64,000 nucleotides of DNA from Verrucomicrobiales bacterium (lineage in GTDB: Bacteria > Verrucomicrobiota > Verrucomicrobiia > Verrucomicrobiales > Akkermansiaceae). The notes beneath the pieces are model-generated. The model was not told the DNA's origin. It made no database searches and saw only the letters and a program-made list of their open reading frames with translations. Positions 30,904-40,200 of the stretch are shown piece after piece (positions within the stretch are counted from its first letter, which is position 1; every line of letters begins with the position of its first letter). The stretch spans positions 8,404 to 72,403 of the forward strand of contig JBBRCO010000002.1 of the NCBI GenBank assembly GCA_038204755.1. Reading direction: 5' to 3'. The position numbers and the translations under genes are program-made.

Positions 30904-31128
30904 TGAAACCACCCGCAGCAATCCTGCTAACGGCTTCTCATGATCCTCCAACAGCACCGAGACCCGGCGGCTGAGGATCACTCCCCACCGCCGCTCGAAG
31001 GCCAGCCGTGCAGCGTCCATTTCCTCGCGCCAGCGCCGGTAGCCGTCCTCGGGTCCATTCGCATCGAAGTTGAATTGTCCTTGGTCGAAGCTTGTTTGTT
31101 AGATTATGGGGTTCACTCCAGTTTCCGT

Positions 31129-31262
31129 TCACCGGTAGCGCTGGGTGGGGCTGTTGGGTGAATCCGGTTGGGTCATCTGCCGGGTCACTTTGCAGACGCA
31201 AGCACGGCATCCAGCAGCGCCTGGAGGATGAACCCGGCATAAGGAGCCACATCCGCCTGCTG
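31129..31262 (-). pseudogene. Fic-family protein C-terminal fragments
   Basis: ADVAPYAGFILQALLDAV followed in another frame by MTQPDSPNSPTQRYR. Confidence 0.55.
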
Positions 31263-31483
31263 ATCTCGCAGGGTTCGATGCGGACCAGCGCGTCTTCCTG
31301 AAATGCGGAGAAGGCGTTGTAGGCTTGGTTCGCGAGAATGTTCCGGTCCGCGATCTCAGGGATGCCACGTTGGCCGCGCCCCTCAATGCGGCAGGGGCTG
31401 ATAGGGTATTCCCGCAGGATGCGGCTGCCTGCCACGCCACCCCAGCCGGCTGCTTTTAAGGCGGGATCGATGTGCTCGGCGCG
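31259..31483 (-). pseudogene. hsdR: Type I restriction subunit R fragment with large internal deletion
   Basis: RAEHIDPALKAAGW...REYPI..RI (N-terminus) fused at 'AD' to RNILANQAYNAFSAF.EDALVRI (helicase region). Confidence 0.75.
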
Positions 31484-31498
31484 GTGTGGGGACTTTAT

Positions 31499-31576
31499 TG
31501 ACGTTGTTGACAGGGCTGACCGGCCGGTCAACGCCGTCATTAAGGTCAATGCTGTCATCTCCGTCAATGTGGTCAC
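31499..31576. repeat. Inverted array of 9-nt-period TGAC/GTCA repeats
   Basis: 3 TGAC units, central palindrome TGACCGGCCGGTCA, then 6 GTCA units at 9-nt spacing. Confidence 0.7.
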
Positions 31577-31648
31577 CAGGGCTCTTCCTCACCTGTTCTT
31601 TTCACACCTCCCCGCTGGAGGCGTGGTGCAGCCGGCGCCTTACCAGAG

Positions 31649-31678
31649 GCCGCCTGCGGGGAGTTTCCCGCAGGCGGC
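31649..31678. terminator. 12-bp GC hairpin downstream of the fn3 fragment
   Basis: GCCGCCTGCGGG-gagttt-CCCGCAGGCGGC; no clear U-tract. Confidence 0.45.
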
Positions 31679-31700
31679 GGTTGTGAGTTAGCGGATGGGA

Positions 31701-31850
31701 TCAGATGGTGCGGGCGGTGACGGGGGAGCTCCGGGGGCTTTGGCCGGAGGTGCCGGTGGCGCTACTCTTGGTGGAGGTGCCGCCGAATTTCCAAGCGGCA
31801 TCGGGGGTGCTAGGATCGGTGGCATATTGGAGGACGAAGGATTTGGCTCC
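31701..31850 (-). pseudogene. Fibronectin type III protein C-terminal fragment, apparently internally deleted
   Basis: GAKSFVLQYATDPSTPDAAWKFGGTSTKSSAT|GTSGQSPRSSPVTARTI*; the usual L..G..Y.FRV strand is missing. Confidence 0.5.
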
Positions 31851-31912
31851 TTGGAGGCGCGGCTTTCATAGTTGCCGATCCAGCAGCGGCGGCTGTATGA
31901 ATGAGCACTTCC

Positions 31913-32368
31913 ATGATGAATACGAATAATAAGACGCCGGGAACGGCTGTGGCGCTTGTCGTCCGCGTGCTTCTTGGCTCGTGGTTTCTATACAGCGGTG
32001 GGCTGAAAATTTTCGGCACTGGACTGGACCGCTTCACCCGGGATGTCGCGAACTACCAGCTTTTAAAGCCACCCTTCGATGCGGTGGCCGCCTACTCGGT
32101 GCCGTGGCTGGAATGCATCGCGGGAGTCTGCCTGATGCTCGGAATCCTGCGCAAGGGCGCGATCCTAACGACTTCTGGACTGGTGGTCGTTTTCTCCGTC
32201 TCCATCGGCTGGGCGTGGTATCATCACCTCGAAATTTCCTGCGGTTGCCACGGTGGCGATGCGCCGATCCAGTATTGGAACAAGGTCGCGGAGTTCGTCG
32301 GATATTTCCTCGTGCTCGGGTGGCTGTGGTGGAGGGAGTCTGGCGCAGTCCGGGCCAGTGCCGCGTAG
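31913..32368 (+). CDS. MauE/DoxX family membrane protein
   Basis: R..LG..F..SG..K, ANYQL, PWLE, ISCGC.G. Confidence 0.85.
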   Translation: MMNTNNKTPGTAVALVVRVLLGSWFLYSGGLKIFGTGLDRFTRDVANYQLLKPPFDAVAAYSVPWLECIAGVCLMLGILRKGAILTTSGLVVVFSVSIGWAWYHHLEISCGCHGGDAPIQYWNKVAEFVGYFLVLGWLWWRESGAVRASAA

Positions 32369-32425
32369 ATTATTACCTGGTGGATAGAAATCTGAATGTG
32401 GCTGCGGCGTCTCGCCGCAACCACG
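32369..32425 (+). repeat. 57-nt dispersed REP-like element, copy 1
   Basis: 49/57 identical by manual alignment to the reverse complement of 62772-62828. Confidence 0.85.
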
Positions 32426-32440
32426 CTGAATGATAGCACA

Positions 32441-33064
32441 TTAGGCATCGAACAAGATCCGCAGTTCTTCGGCGATGACTTCGGCGGCTTGGCGCACGTT
32501 GATCGGGCGCTTTGCTTCGTTTTCCAGGCTGCTCATGGTGACGCCGTCGATGCCGCAGGGAGTGATGGCGAAAAACGGCGGCAGGCTTTCGTTGGTGATG
32601 TTGATGGCGAAACCGTGCATCGAGATCCATTTCCGGACGCCCACGCCGATGGACGCGAGTTTGCGGTTTTCCACCCAGACGCCGGTGAGTCCCTCGCGGC
32701 GGCCTGCGTTCACGCCGAAGCGGGCACACGCGCGGATGAGTGCTTCCTCCAGTTTCCGCAGGTGCTCGTGGAGGTCCTTGCCGCGCGGGGTGAGGTCGAG
32801 GATCGGGTAGCCGACGAGCTGGCCGGGGCCGTGATAGGTGGCTTGGCCGCCGCGGTTGGTTTCGTGGACGGGGTAGGGCAGCGAGGCGGGATCTCGCAGG
32901 GATGATTGGTCGCGCAGGCGGCCGATGGTGTAAACGGGCTGATGTTCCAGTAACAGAATAATATCGCCGTCGGTGCCGTCGAGGATGGCCTGGACGTGGC
33001 TTTCCTGAAGATGAAGGCCGGCTTCGTAACCGATGGGAACGGGGAGGTGTTTGATTTCCAACAT
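32441..33064 (-). CDS. lipB: Lipoyl(octanoyl) transferase
   Basis: LEH.PVYT.G, RGG..TYHGPGQLVGYP, K.ASIG, HGFA.N, PCG. Confidence 0.95.
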   Translation of the reverse strand: MLEIKHLPVPIGYEAGLHLQESHVQAILDGTDGDIILLLEHQPVYTIGRLRDQSSLRDPASLPYPVHETNRGGQATYHGPGQLVGYPILDLTPRGKDLHEHLRKLEEALIRACARFGVNAGRREGLTGVWVENRKLASIGVGVRKWISMHGFAINITNESLPPFFAITPCGIDGVTMSSLENEAKRPINVRQAAEVIAEELRILFDA

Positions 33065-33084
33065 TTTCAAGGGAAGATGAATTG

Positions 33085-33185
33085 AACCGCAGATGGACGC
33101 GGATAAAAGCAGATGGAAGAAGGGATGGGATGGAGATAGATTTTTCTTTATTTTACTATCAACTTTATCTCATCCATTTGTGGTT
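33085..33185. repeat. Degenerate inverted ~10-nt repeats (AACCGCAGAT-type)
   Basis: aaccgcagatggacgcggataaaagcagat ... atctcatccatttgtggtt. Confidence 0.55.
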
Positions 33186-33193
33186 GAACCATC

Positions 33194-33697
33194 TCAAACG
33201 AGTCTGCGGTCGAGGAGTTTTGCCTTGAGCGGATCAGAAGCCTGAAGGTGCGCCATGCCGATGGCAAGGGCGTCCGCAGCGTCGGGCGGCGGGGTTTCGG
33301 CGAGGCCGAGCAGGGCGCGGACCATGAAGGCGACCTGTGTTTTATCCGCAGTGCCCTTGCCTACAACGGCCATTTTCACTTTCTTCGGGGAGTATTCATA
33401 AACCTTGATCCCATGATCAGCCGCAGCGATGAGCGCGGCGGCGCGGGCGGCTCCCATCGAGATCGCGGTCTGGTGGGACTGGACGTAAATGATGCCTTCC
33501 ACGGCGATTTCATCCGGCTGGAATTTCTGGATCACGTTGACCAGATGCGTTCGGATGGCGGAGAGCGCGGCGGACTGCGGAACGGTTTTCGGGATGGAAA
33601 TGACGTCGAAGGCGAGGACGGTGGGCCTGCGCGGATCGCCTTCGAGCACGGCATAACCGGTGTTTCTAACGGCTGGATCGATGGAGAGGACACGCAT
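33194..33697 (-). CDS. ruvC: Holliday junction resolvase
   Basis: IDP...TGY, AVE, G.G.A.K.QV..MV, DAADALA. Confidence 0.95.
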   Translation of the reverse strand: MRVLSIDPAVRNTGYAVLEGDPRRPTVLAFDVISIPKTVPQSAALSAIRTHLVNVIQKFQPDEIAVEGIIYVQSHQTAISMGAARAAALIAAADHGIKVYEYSPKKVKMAVVGKGTADKTQVAFMVRALLGLAETPPPDAADALAIGMAHLQASDPLKAKLLDRRLV

Positions 33698-34131
33698 CAG
33701 AGGGGAACAATAAGGCCTTCTTCTTGAGCAAGTATTTTCTGATTGGCATCGAATGTCAGAAAATGGGTAGCTCCGATGATTTTGGCACTCGCTACATGGA
33801 GAATATCAAAACTTCGATGGCCGCCGGTGAGGGTGCTGGCACCTGAGATACGGTTGGCCTCGACGAGAGTGGTAGCGAGGTTGGAGTTGCCCAATACAAT
33901 CCGCCCCGCTGCCACAGAGTTCTCAAAAAGCACCAAACGCTCACGTGCGGTGCCAAGAGCCAAGCGTTTGCTGAATTCCGAAAAGCGAAGGGTATTCCGC
34001 AGTTCGAAATAAGTTAGATCGCTGATCCAAATGGGCTCTTCATTTCCTGAGACCCACGTTGTTGCGGATCCGCTGTGACAATCACTGCCGTAAAGCGCGA
34101 AAAGAAAACTCGTGTCAGGGGCAATTACCAT
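33697..34131 (-). CDS. vapC: PIN-domain toxin (VapC)
   Basis: DTSFL, E, FD.LH.A.A, FLTFD acidic PIN residues. Confidence 0.88.
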   Translation of the reverse strand: MVIAPDTSFLFALYGSDCHSGSATTWVSGNEEPIWISDLTYFELRNTLRFSEFSKRLALGTARERLVLFENSVAAGRIVLGNSNLATTLVEANRISGASTLTGGHRSFDILHVASAKIIGATHFLTFDANQKILAQEEGLIVPL

Positions 34132-34376
34132 TGGCCTGCTGCTGCATGGATGAGATCCGAGGATTCTTGTGGGGTGAGAATTTGGTCGCCACTTCGATCA
34201 CGAGTGACCTCCGGTGCATCCGCCCAAATTACCTTTTTCGGAACTTCTTCGGAATCGGGAATGAGTCGAGCGATTCTCTTTCCACGCTTGGTAATGGCTA
34301 TTTCCTCTCCCGCATCGAGCCAACTTTGAAGGCTCATGTAGCTGTTTCGCAGCTCGCGGATGGTTGCTGTCCTCAT
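34125..34376 (-). CDS. Phd/YefM family antitoxin
   Basis: MRTATIRELRN...GEEI.IT.RG..IARL.P; overlaps the vapC start. Confidence 0.88.
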   Translation of the reverse strand: MRTATIRELRNSYMSLQSWLDAGEEIAITKRGKRIARLIPDSEEVPKKVIWADAPEVTRDRSGDQILTPQESSDLIHAAAGQW

Positions 34377-34760
34377 GTGGCTACAAAGATGTAGCACTTC
34401 GGTGATGTATCAAGTCAACTCTGCTTTCAGATAAACCCGAACTTTGCTGGTTCAGTTGCAATTCGCGGGGCTTTTTGAAGGTGGGGAGGGTGCGGATTTC
34501 GCAGTGGGGCTGGCGGCTCTGGGAAGGATGGTCACAAGCGCAACCATGGTGAACATGGCATTGATGATTCCCGTGATGGGCCATGATGCCGCTCACCTTT
34601 AGGATGCTTGTGAGTTCGTTGTTCCGCTTTTCGAGTCGCTCGGGATTGTTCAGCGCGTCGAGGAAGCTGCTGTCGAGTTTTCGGAACATGTTGGCGATAA
34701 GAGAGCAGTCCGATCTCGATTCGAGACTGGCGGAATGAATTCCGCGCGCCGGTTGCTAGC

Positions 34761-35954
34761 TCAGCGCCGCTTTTTCCCGCCGACCTTCTTCCGGCGGACC
34801 GATTTGATCGGTGAGTCATCCAACAGCGCGGTGTAGATGTAGGCGAAATCGTCGAGCTTCCGGCGTGGGATGGCCTGATCGATGAAAATTTCCACGGACT
34901 TCGCGTAGTCGAGTTCGTCTGCGGTGAGGATGGTGAAGGCATCGCCCTCGGCCTCGGCACGGCCGGTGCGGCCGATGCGGTGGACGTAGTCCTCGGCGTT
35001 TTCCGGGACGCGGTAATTGATGACGTGGGAGACGCCGGAGATGTCGATGCCGCGGGCGGCGACGTCTGTGGCGACGAGAATTTCATAGTCCCCCGCCTTG
35101 AATCCGGCGAGGGCCTTCATGCGGTCCACCTGGTTGATGTCCGAGTGCATCGCGGCGACTTTCGATTGGCCGGTGGTTTTGATCAGCGAGGTGAGTTGAT
35201 CCGCTTCCTTGCGGGTGCGGGTGAAAATCATGACCGAGTGGTAGTCGGTTTGTTTGAGGAGTTCCAAAAGCAGTTCATCGCGCTGGTCCATGGCGACCGG
35301 ATAGAACGCGTGGGTGACGGTGGTGGGGATGGAACTGCGAGCGATTTCGATGCTGAGCGGATCGGTGAGGCACCATTGGGCGAAGGTTTGGATCGCCGGG
35401 GGCATCGTGGCTGAGAAAAACAGCGTTTGACGGCCTTCCCACGGGCAGAGGTTGACGATTTTGCGGACTTGCGGGAGGAAACCCATGTCGAGCATGCGAT
35501 CCACTTCGTCGAGGATGAGCACCTTGATTTCGCCGAAACGCATGGAAGTGCGGTAGAAGTGATCGACGAGGCGGCCGGGCGTGGCGACGACGATATCGGC
35601 ACCGGCGGCGAGTTGCTCGGACTGCGTGCCGAGGCCGACGCCGCCGTAGAGCAGCGCGACTTTCATGCCGGTGTGATTGCCGTATTTTTCGAACTGCTCG
35701 GCGACTTGGTGGGCAAGCTCGCGGGTGGGTTCGAGCACAAGGATCTGCGGTTTGCCGAGCTTCTCGATTTTCGAAAGCGTGGGCAGCGCGAAGGCTGCGG
35801 TTTTCCCGGTGCCGGTCTGGGACGCGCCGATGACGTCCTTGCCCTCGAGGATGATCGGAATTGCCTGAGCCTGAATCGGTGTAGGCGTGGTATAACCGGA
35901 TTCCTCAACGGCTTCCAGAACGGCTGCGGAGAGCCCAAGTGTGTCAAATCCCAT
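34761..35954 (-). CDS. DEAD-box RNA helicase
   Basis: PTPIQ, QTGTGKT, PTRELA, DEVD, SAT, ARGID, HRIGRTGR. Confidence 0.95.
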   Translation of the reverse strand: MGFDTLGLSAAVLEAVEESGYTTPTPIQAQAIPIILEGKDVIGASQTGTGKTAAFALPTLSKIEKLGKPQILVLEPTRELAHQVAEQFEKYGNHTGMKVALLYGGVGLGTQSEQLAAGADIVVATPGRLVDHFYRTSMRFGEIKVLILDEVDRMLDMGFLPQVRKIVNLCPWEGRQTLFFSATMPPAIQTFAQWCLTDPLSIEIARSSIPTTVTHAFYPVAMDQRDELLLELLKQTDYHSVMIFTRTRKEADQLTSLIKTTGQSKVAAMHSDINQVDRMKALAGFKAGDYEILVATDVAARGIDISGVSHVINYRVPENAEDYVHRIGRTGRAEAEGDAFTILTADELDYAKSVEIFIDQAIPRRKLDDFAYIYTALLDDSPIKSVRRKKVGGKKRR

Positions 35955-36255
35955 ACGAGCGGGGTTGGTAGAGGGCTGAGCGGCTTGGGTCAAGGGGCGA
36001 TTATTCGCGAAAATCCAACATTCGGCGGTGGCGGGCCCTGATCGCCGGTATGGTTCCGGGTGAGGAGACCGACGATTACTTGGATTCAAGTCGCCAGTTC
36101 AAGATCCTGCCTGGCGCCTCCATGCTGCCGCCCTCAAGGAGCGCTGGCGTCTCGCCCGCCTGCCAATGAGATGCGAAAATTGAATCTGGCACCGCGCGGA
36201 AAAGTGAGTTTGATTTCACTGAAAGGAAGCGCGGTGAAAATCCGCTGAAACCATC

Positions 36256-36528
36256 ATGTCACAAGCCATCATCGATCCCGAAGAAGTCCGCCGTTTCGCG
36301 GCGGAACTGAAGCGTTTCAACGGCGACCTGCGCGAGCGATCCGGCTCGCTCATGGCCCGGTTCACCGCGCTGGGCGATTCCTGGCAGGACCAGGAACAGG
36401 AAAAGTTCTCGGCGGAGTTTGTGCAATTGATGAAGACCCTCAAATCCTTCCTCGAACTATCCGAGCGCCACACGCCCTACCTCCTGCGCAAGGCCGAGCG
36501 CATCCAGCAATACCTCGACCAACGCTGA
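36256..36528 (+). CDS. WXG100-like protein (W-x-D variant)
   Basis: 90 aa, DPEE.RRFA N-terminus, central SWQD, helix-turn-helix pattern; upstream of an FtsK ATPase. Confidence 0.85.
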   Translation: MSQAIIDPEEVRRFAAELKRFNGDLRERSGSLMARFTALGDSWQDQEQEKFSAEFVQLMKTLKSFLELSERHTPYLLRKAERIQQYLDQR

Positions 36529-36536
36529 TCCCGGCC

Positions 36537-37061
36537 ATGTCAGACCAAGTCAAAATCTCCTCCATTGATGCGCTCGAAGCATTCCGCGCGGACCTCGTCC
36601 AATACATCGCCAAGGCCCGCGTCGCGCTGGAGGACATGGAGGGCGATGTCCGCCGCACCCAGACGTGGCTCGATAGCGACCGCGTCCAGTATTGGGGAAA
36701 TCAGGTGAAACTCTGGACCAAAAATCTCCATCAGGCGGAGCAGGAACTTTACAGCGCGAACTTGACGAATCCACGGGCAAGCAACGCCTTTCAGAAAATG
36801 GCCGTGCTCAAGGCGCAGCGGAAACTCGCGGAGGCCGAGGAGAAAATGCGAGTCGTCAAAAAGTGGCGGCAGACATTTGAAAACCGCGCCACGCCACTGT
36901 TGCGCCAGCTAGATCCAATGTTCGCCCTCGTCGGCCAACAACTCCCGAAGGGCGTTTTCACCCTCGGCGAGCACATCAAGGCGCTCCAGGCCTACGCCGA
37001 AAAAGCGCCAGCCGCCTCACCGCCGCCGGTTGAAACCACCGAACCCGGAGGTGCTCCGTGA
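36537..37061 (+). CDS. Helical/coiled-coil protein of the WXG100 operon
   Basis: 174-aa all-alpha ORF, 8 nt after the WXG100 gene; overlaps the next gene (GTGA). Confidence 0.75.
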   Translation: MSDQVKISSIDALEAFRADLVQYIAKARVALEDMEGDVRRTQTWLDSDRVQYWGNQVKLWTKNLHQAEQELYSANLTNPRASNAFQKMAVLKAQRKLAEAEEKMRVVKKWRQTFENRATPLLRQLDPMFALVGQQLPKGVFTLGEHIKALQAYAEKAPAASPPPVETTEPGGAP

Positions 37062-37270
37062 GCATGTCCAGCAGCAAGGGCCTGCTCACCCTGGCCACCC
37101 GCAACCTCCAGGCCCGCTGGGGCGAGACCCGCTATTCCTGGCGCGACCGCAAGGCCGAGGAGTTTGAGGAAATGTATCTATCAGAGCTGATGGGGGGCGT
37201 GAACTCCGCCCTGCGCGTCATCGAAGAGCTCGGCCACTTGCTAGAGAAAATCCATGCAGACTGCGACTGA
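37058..37270 (+). CDS. Small WXG100-like protein (SWRD)
   Basis: 70 aa; SWRDRKAEEF parallels SWQDQEQEKF of the first gene. Confidence 0.7.
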   Translation: MSMSSSKGLLTLATRNLQARWGETRYSWRDRKAEEFEEMYLSELMGGVNSALRVIEELGHLLEKIHADCD

Positions 37271-40200
37271 ATCCACCGACCTCCGCACCGTGCTCGGAGA
37301 GCTCGGCCATTTGAAATCCGCCATCGCCTCGGTGACGGCGGACGAGGCGGCGCTTTTCAAAAAACAGGCGCAGGCACTCGTCGCCGTGCGCCATGAAATG
37401 ACGCGGCGCGAGGAGACCGACGCCGGGAAACTCAACCGCCGACTGCAGGAAATCGCCGTTATCCAGAAGGACTCGGTCGCACGCGCCGAAGCGGAAACCG
37501 AAGCCCGGCAGGCGCGGGTCCACGAAGCCTACCACTCCAGCCGCACCTCGCTCGCCCAAAGCCAGCAGGAAACGAAGGACCGCCGCATCGGCCAGGTGCA
37601 GGGCTCCATCATGCGCAACCGCCAGGTGCGCCAGCGGGAACTCGATGTGGCGAAAACCGCCCATCAGGAATTTCTAACGATCCTCGAAGGCGACCGCGGC
37701 GTGCGGCGCGAATTGCGCAGATCCGTGCTGTCCGTCTTCCGCTCGTTCCGGCCGTTGGTGGCGGACAAGTTCGAGGGCACGCGATTCAAGGTTCCGGCCG
37801 TCGATGCGCCCGCCACCCCGGAAGCGACGCGCGAGGAACTTTTAAAAACCCACGACGAAGCGCGGGCCGCGTATGCTTCAGCCCAAGCTCTGCCTCTCGC
37901 CCGGTTCTTCCGCTTCGTGCCTCTCACCGCCCTTGCTGCGGTGATCGGCGGCATTCACCTCTGGTATGCGCTGCGCCCCGGCGGCGGAGGACTGGCTGCG
38001 GCGATGCCTTCCTTCCTGATTGCGGAGGGTCTTCTAATAGGAATTTGGAGCACCGCGCTGCTTCTCTCTCAGCCCACCATCCGCCGCGCCGCCACCTTGC
38101 TCGCCACCGCGCGGCTGTTGGAAACCGAGGCCGGGAAAAAATCCGCGGCACGTCTCGCTGCGTTGGAGGCGGAAATCCAGAGCGAGCAGGCTCAGGAAGG
38201 GCGCGGTCTCAGCGAGACATTCCGCGAGTCCGATGCGGACTGGAAAACGCGGCTCAGCGAGGGCCAGCGCAAGCTCGACCGGCAGCTCGCCCGGATTCCC
38301 GCGCGTTTGGGAATACTCCACCAGCGCAAGCTCGCGAAAATTGCAGCAGCGTATGATGGAGCGCTCGCACTCGCCCAACAGGAAGCGGCGGCACTTGCGG
38401 AAGAAACCCACCTCGCCCGGGTAAATGCGAACTCCGAAATTGAAAGCCAGAGGGATGCCGCCATCGACGATCTCTCAGCACCGTGGCAGGGCGGGGTGCT
38501 GCCGCTGTTGGAGAAACTTCACTCGCTGGACTCCGCGTCGCGATCCCGCTTTCCCCAGTGGACTGCGGATTTCTGTGAGAAATGGACGCCACCCGAGGAA
38601 TCGCCGGGTGCGGTGCGCATCGGCTCGATCATCGTGGATGCCGCGAAACTGGCGGGCGGACTGCCGCACGATCCGCGTTTCGCGTTGGCGGATTCCGGCG
38701 GGTTCCGTGTGCCGTTTTCGCTCGGATTTCCGGACCAGGCGTCCCTGATGATCGAAAGCGGCGAGGGTGCGGCATTGGCGTTGAACGCGATCCCGCTTCG
38801 CTTGTTAGCCTCGCATCCCCCGGGGCGGGCGTCGTTTGTTTTCATCGATCCCGTCGGTCTCGGCAAGGATTTCGCCGGACTGATGCACCTCGCGGATTAC
38901 GAAGAAAGCCTGATCAACCACCGCATCTGGACGCAGTCCACGCAGATCGAGGAACGGCTGGTGGAACTCAACGAGCACATCGAAAAGGTCATCCAGATGT
39001 ACCTCCGCAATGAGTATGCGACCATCGAGGAATACAATAAACAGGCTGGCACCATTGCTGAAAAATATCGTTTTCTCGTCATCGCCGGATTTCCCGCGGG
39101 CTTCAGCGACACGTCGATGAAGCGGCTTCTATCCATCGCCTCCAGCGGTGCGCGTTGTGGCGTCTATCTGCTTATCCACCGTGACACGCGCCAACCGCTT
39201 CCGGATGTGGCGCTCAACGATGAACTCCAGCGCGCCTGCATCCGGCTGCTATTGAAGGAGGGCGTTTTTCATCTGGCAGGAGCAGCCGCCGGGGCGGATG
39301 TGGTGATGATCGAGGCGGCGCCCTCGGATGAGGATTCCACGACTTTGATCCATCGGATCGGCCGCTCCAGCATCGACTCGAACCGCGTGCAGGTTCCTTT
39401 CTCCCACATCGCCCCGCCGGCGGAGGATTACTGGAAATCCGAGACGAGCGAGGAACTGAGGGTGCCGATCGGGCGAACTGGAGCGAAAAAACTCCAGATG
39501 CTCGCCATCGGAAAAGGCACGCGCCAGCACGTTCTCGTCGCCGGCAAGACGGGATCGGGGAAATCCACGTTGTTTCACGTCATCATTACGAATCTCGCGC
39601 TGTATTGCAGCCCGGAGCAGGTGGAGTTCTATCTGGTGGATTTCAAGAAGGGCGTGGAATTCAAATGTTACGCCACCAAACATCTGCCGCACGCGCGGGT
39701 GATCGCCATCGAAAGTGATAGGGAATTCGCGCTCAGCGTGCTCCAGCGGGTGGACGCCGAGCTGAAGCGGCGCGGCGAACTTTTCCGCAAGGCGGGCTCG
39801 CAGGATCTGGCGGGATACAAGCGCACGCCGGGTCACGAACCGCTGCCGCGCAGTTTGTTAATAATCGATGAGTTTCAGGAATTTTTCACGGAGGACGATG
39901 CCGTCGCGCAGGAGGCGTCGCTGCTGTTGGACAGGATCGTTAGGCAGGGCCGGGCGTTCGGGATTCATGTCATTCTCGGTTCGCAGACTCTTGGCGGAGC
40001 TTATACTCTGGCCCGTGCGACTTTGGGACAAATGGTCATCCGCATCGCGCTGCAATGCAACGAGGCCGACGCGCATCTGATCATGGACGACGATAATCCC
40101 GCGCCGCGCTTGCTGACCCGGCCGGGCGAGGGGATTTACAACGACCAGGCCGGAGCTTTCGCCGCTAACAGCCCGTTTCAAATCGTCTGGCTGCCGGAGG

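Noticed and set aside
30529-31576. ORF-track proteins of 163 aa and 212 aa as real genes
   Set aside because: They are read-through chimeras of unrelated fragments, leader and repeat sequence.
34381-34689. 102-aa His/Cys-containing ORF
   Set aside because: Only the first ~35 codons look protein-like; the rest appears out of frame and no family is recognised.
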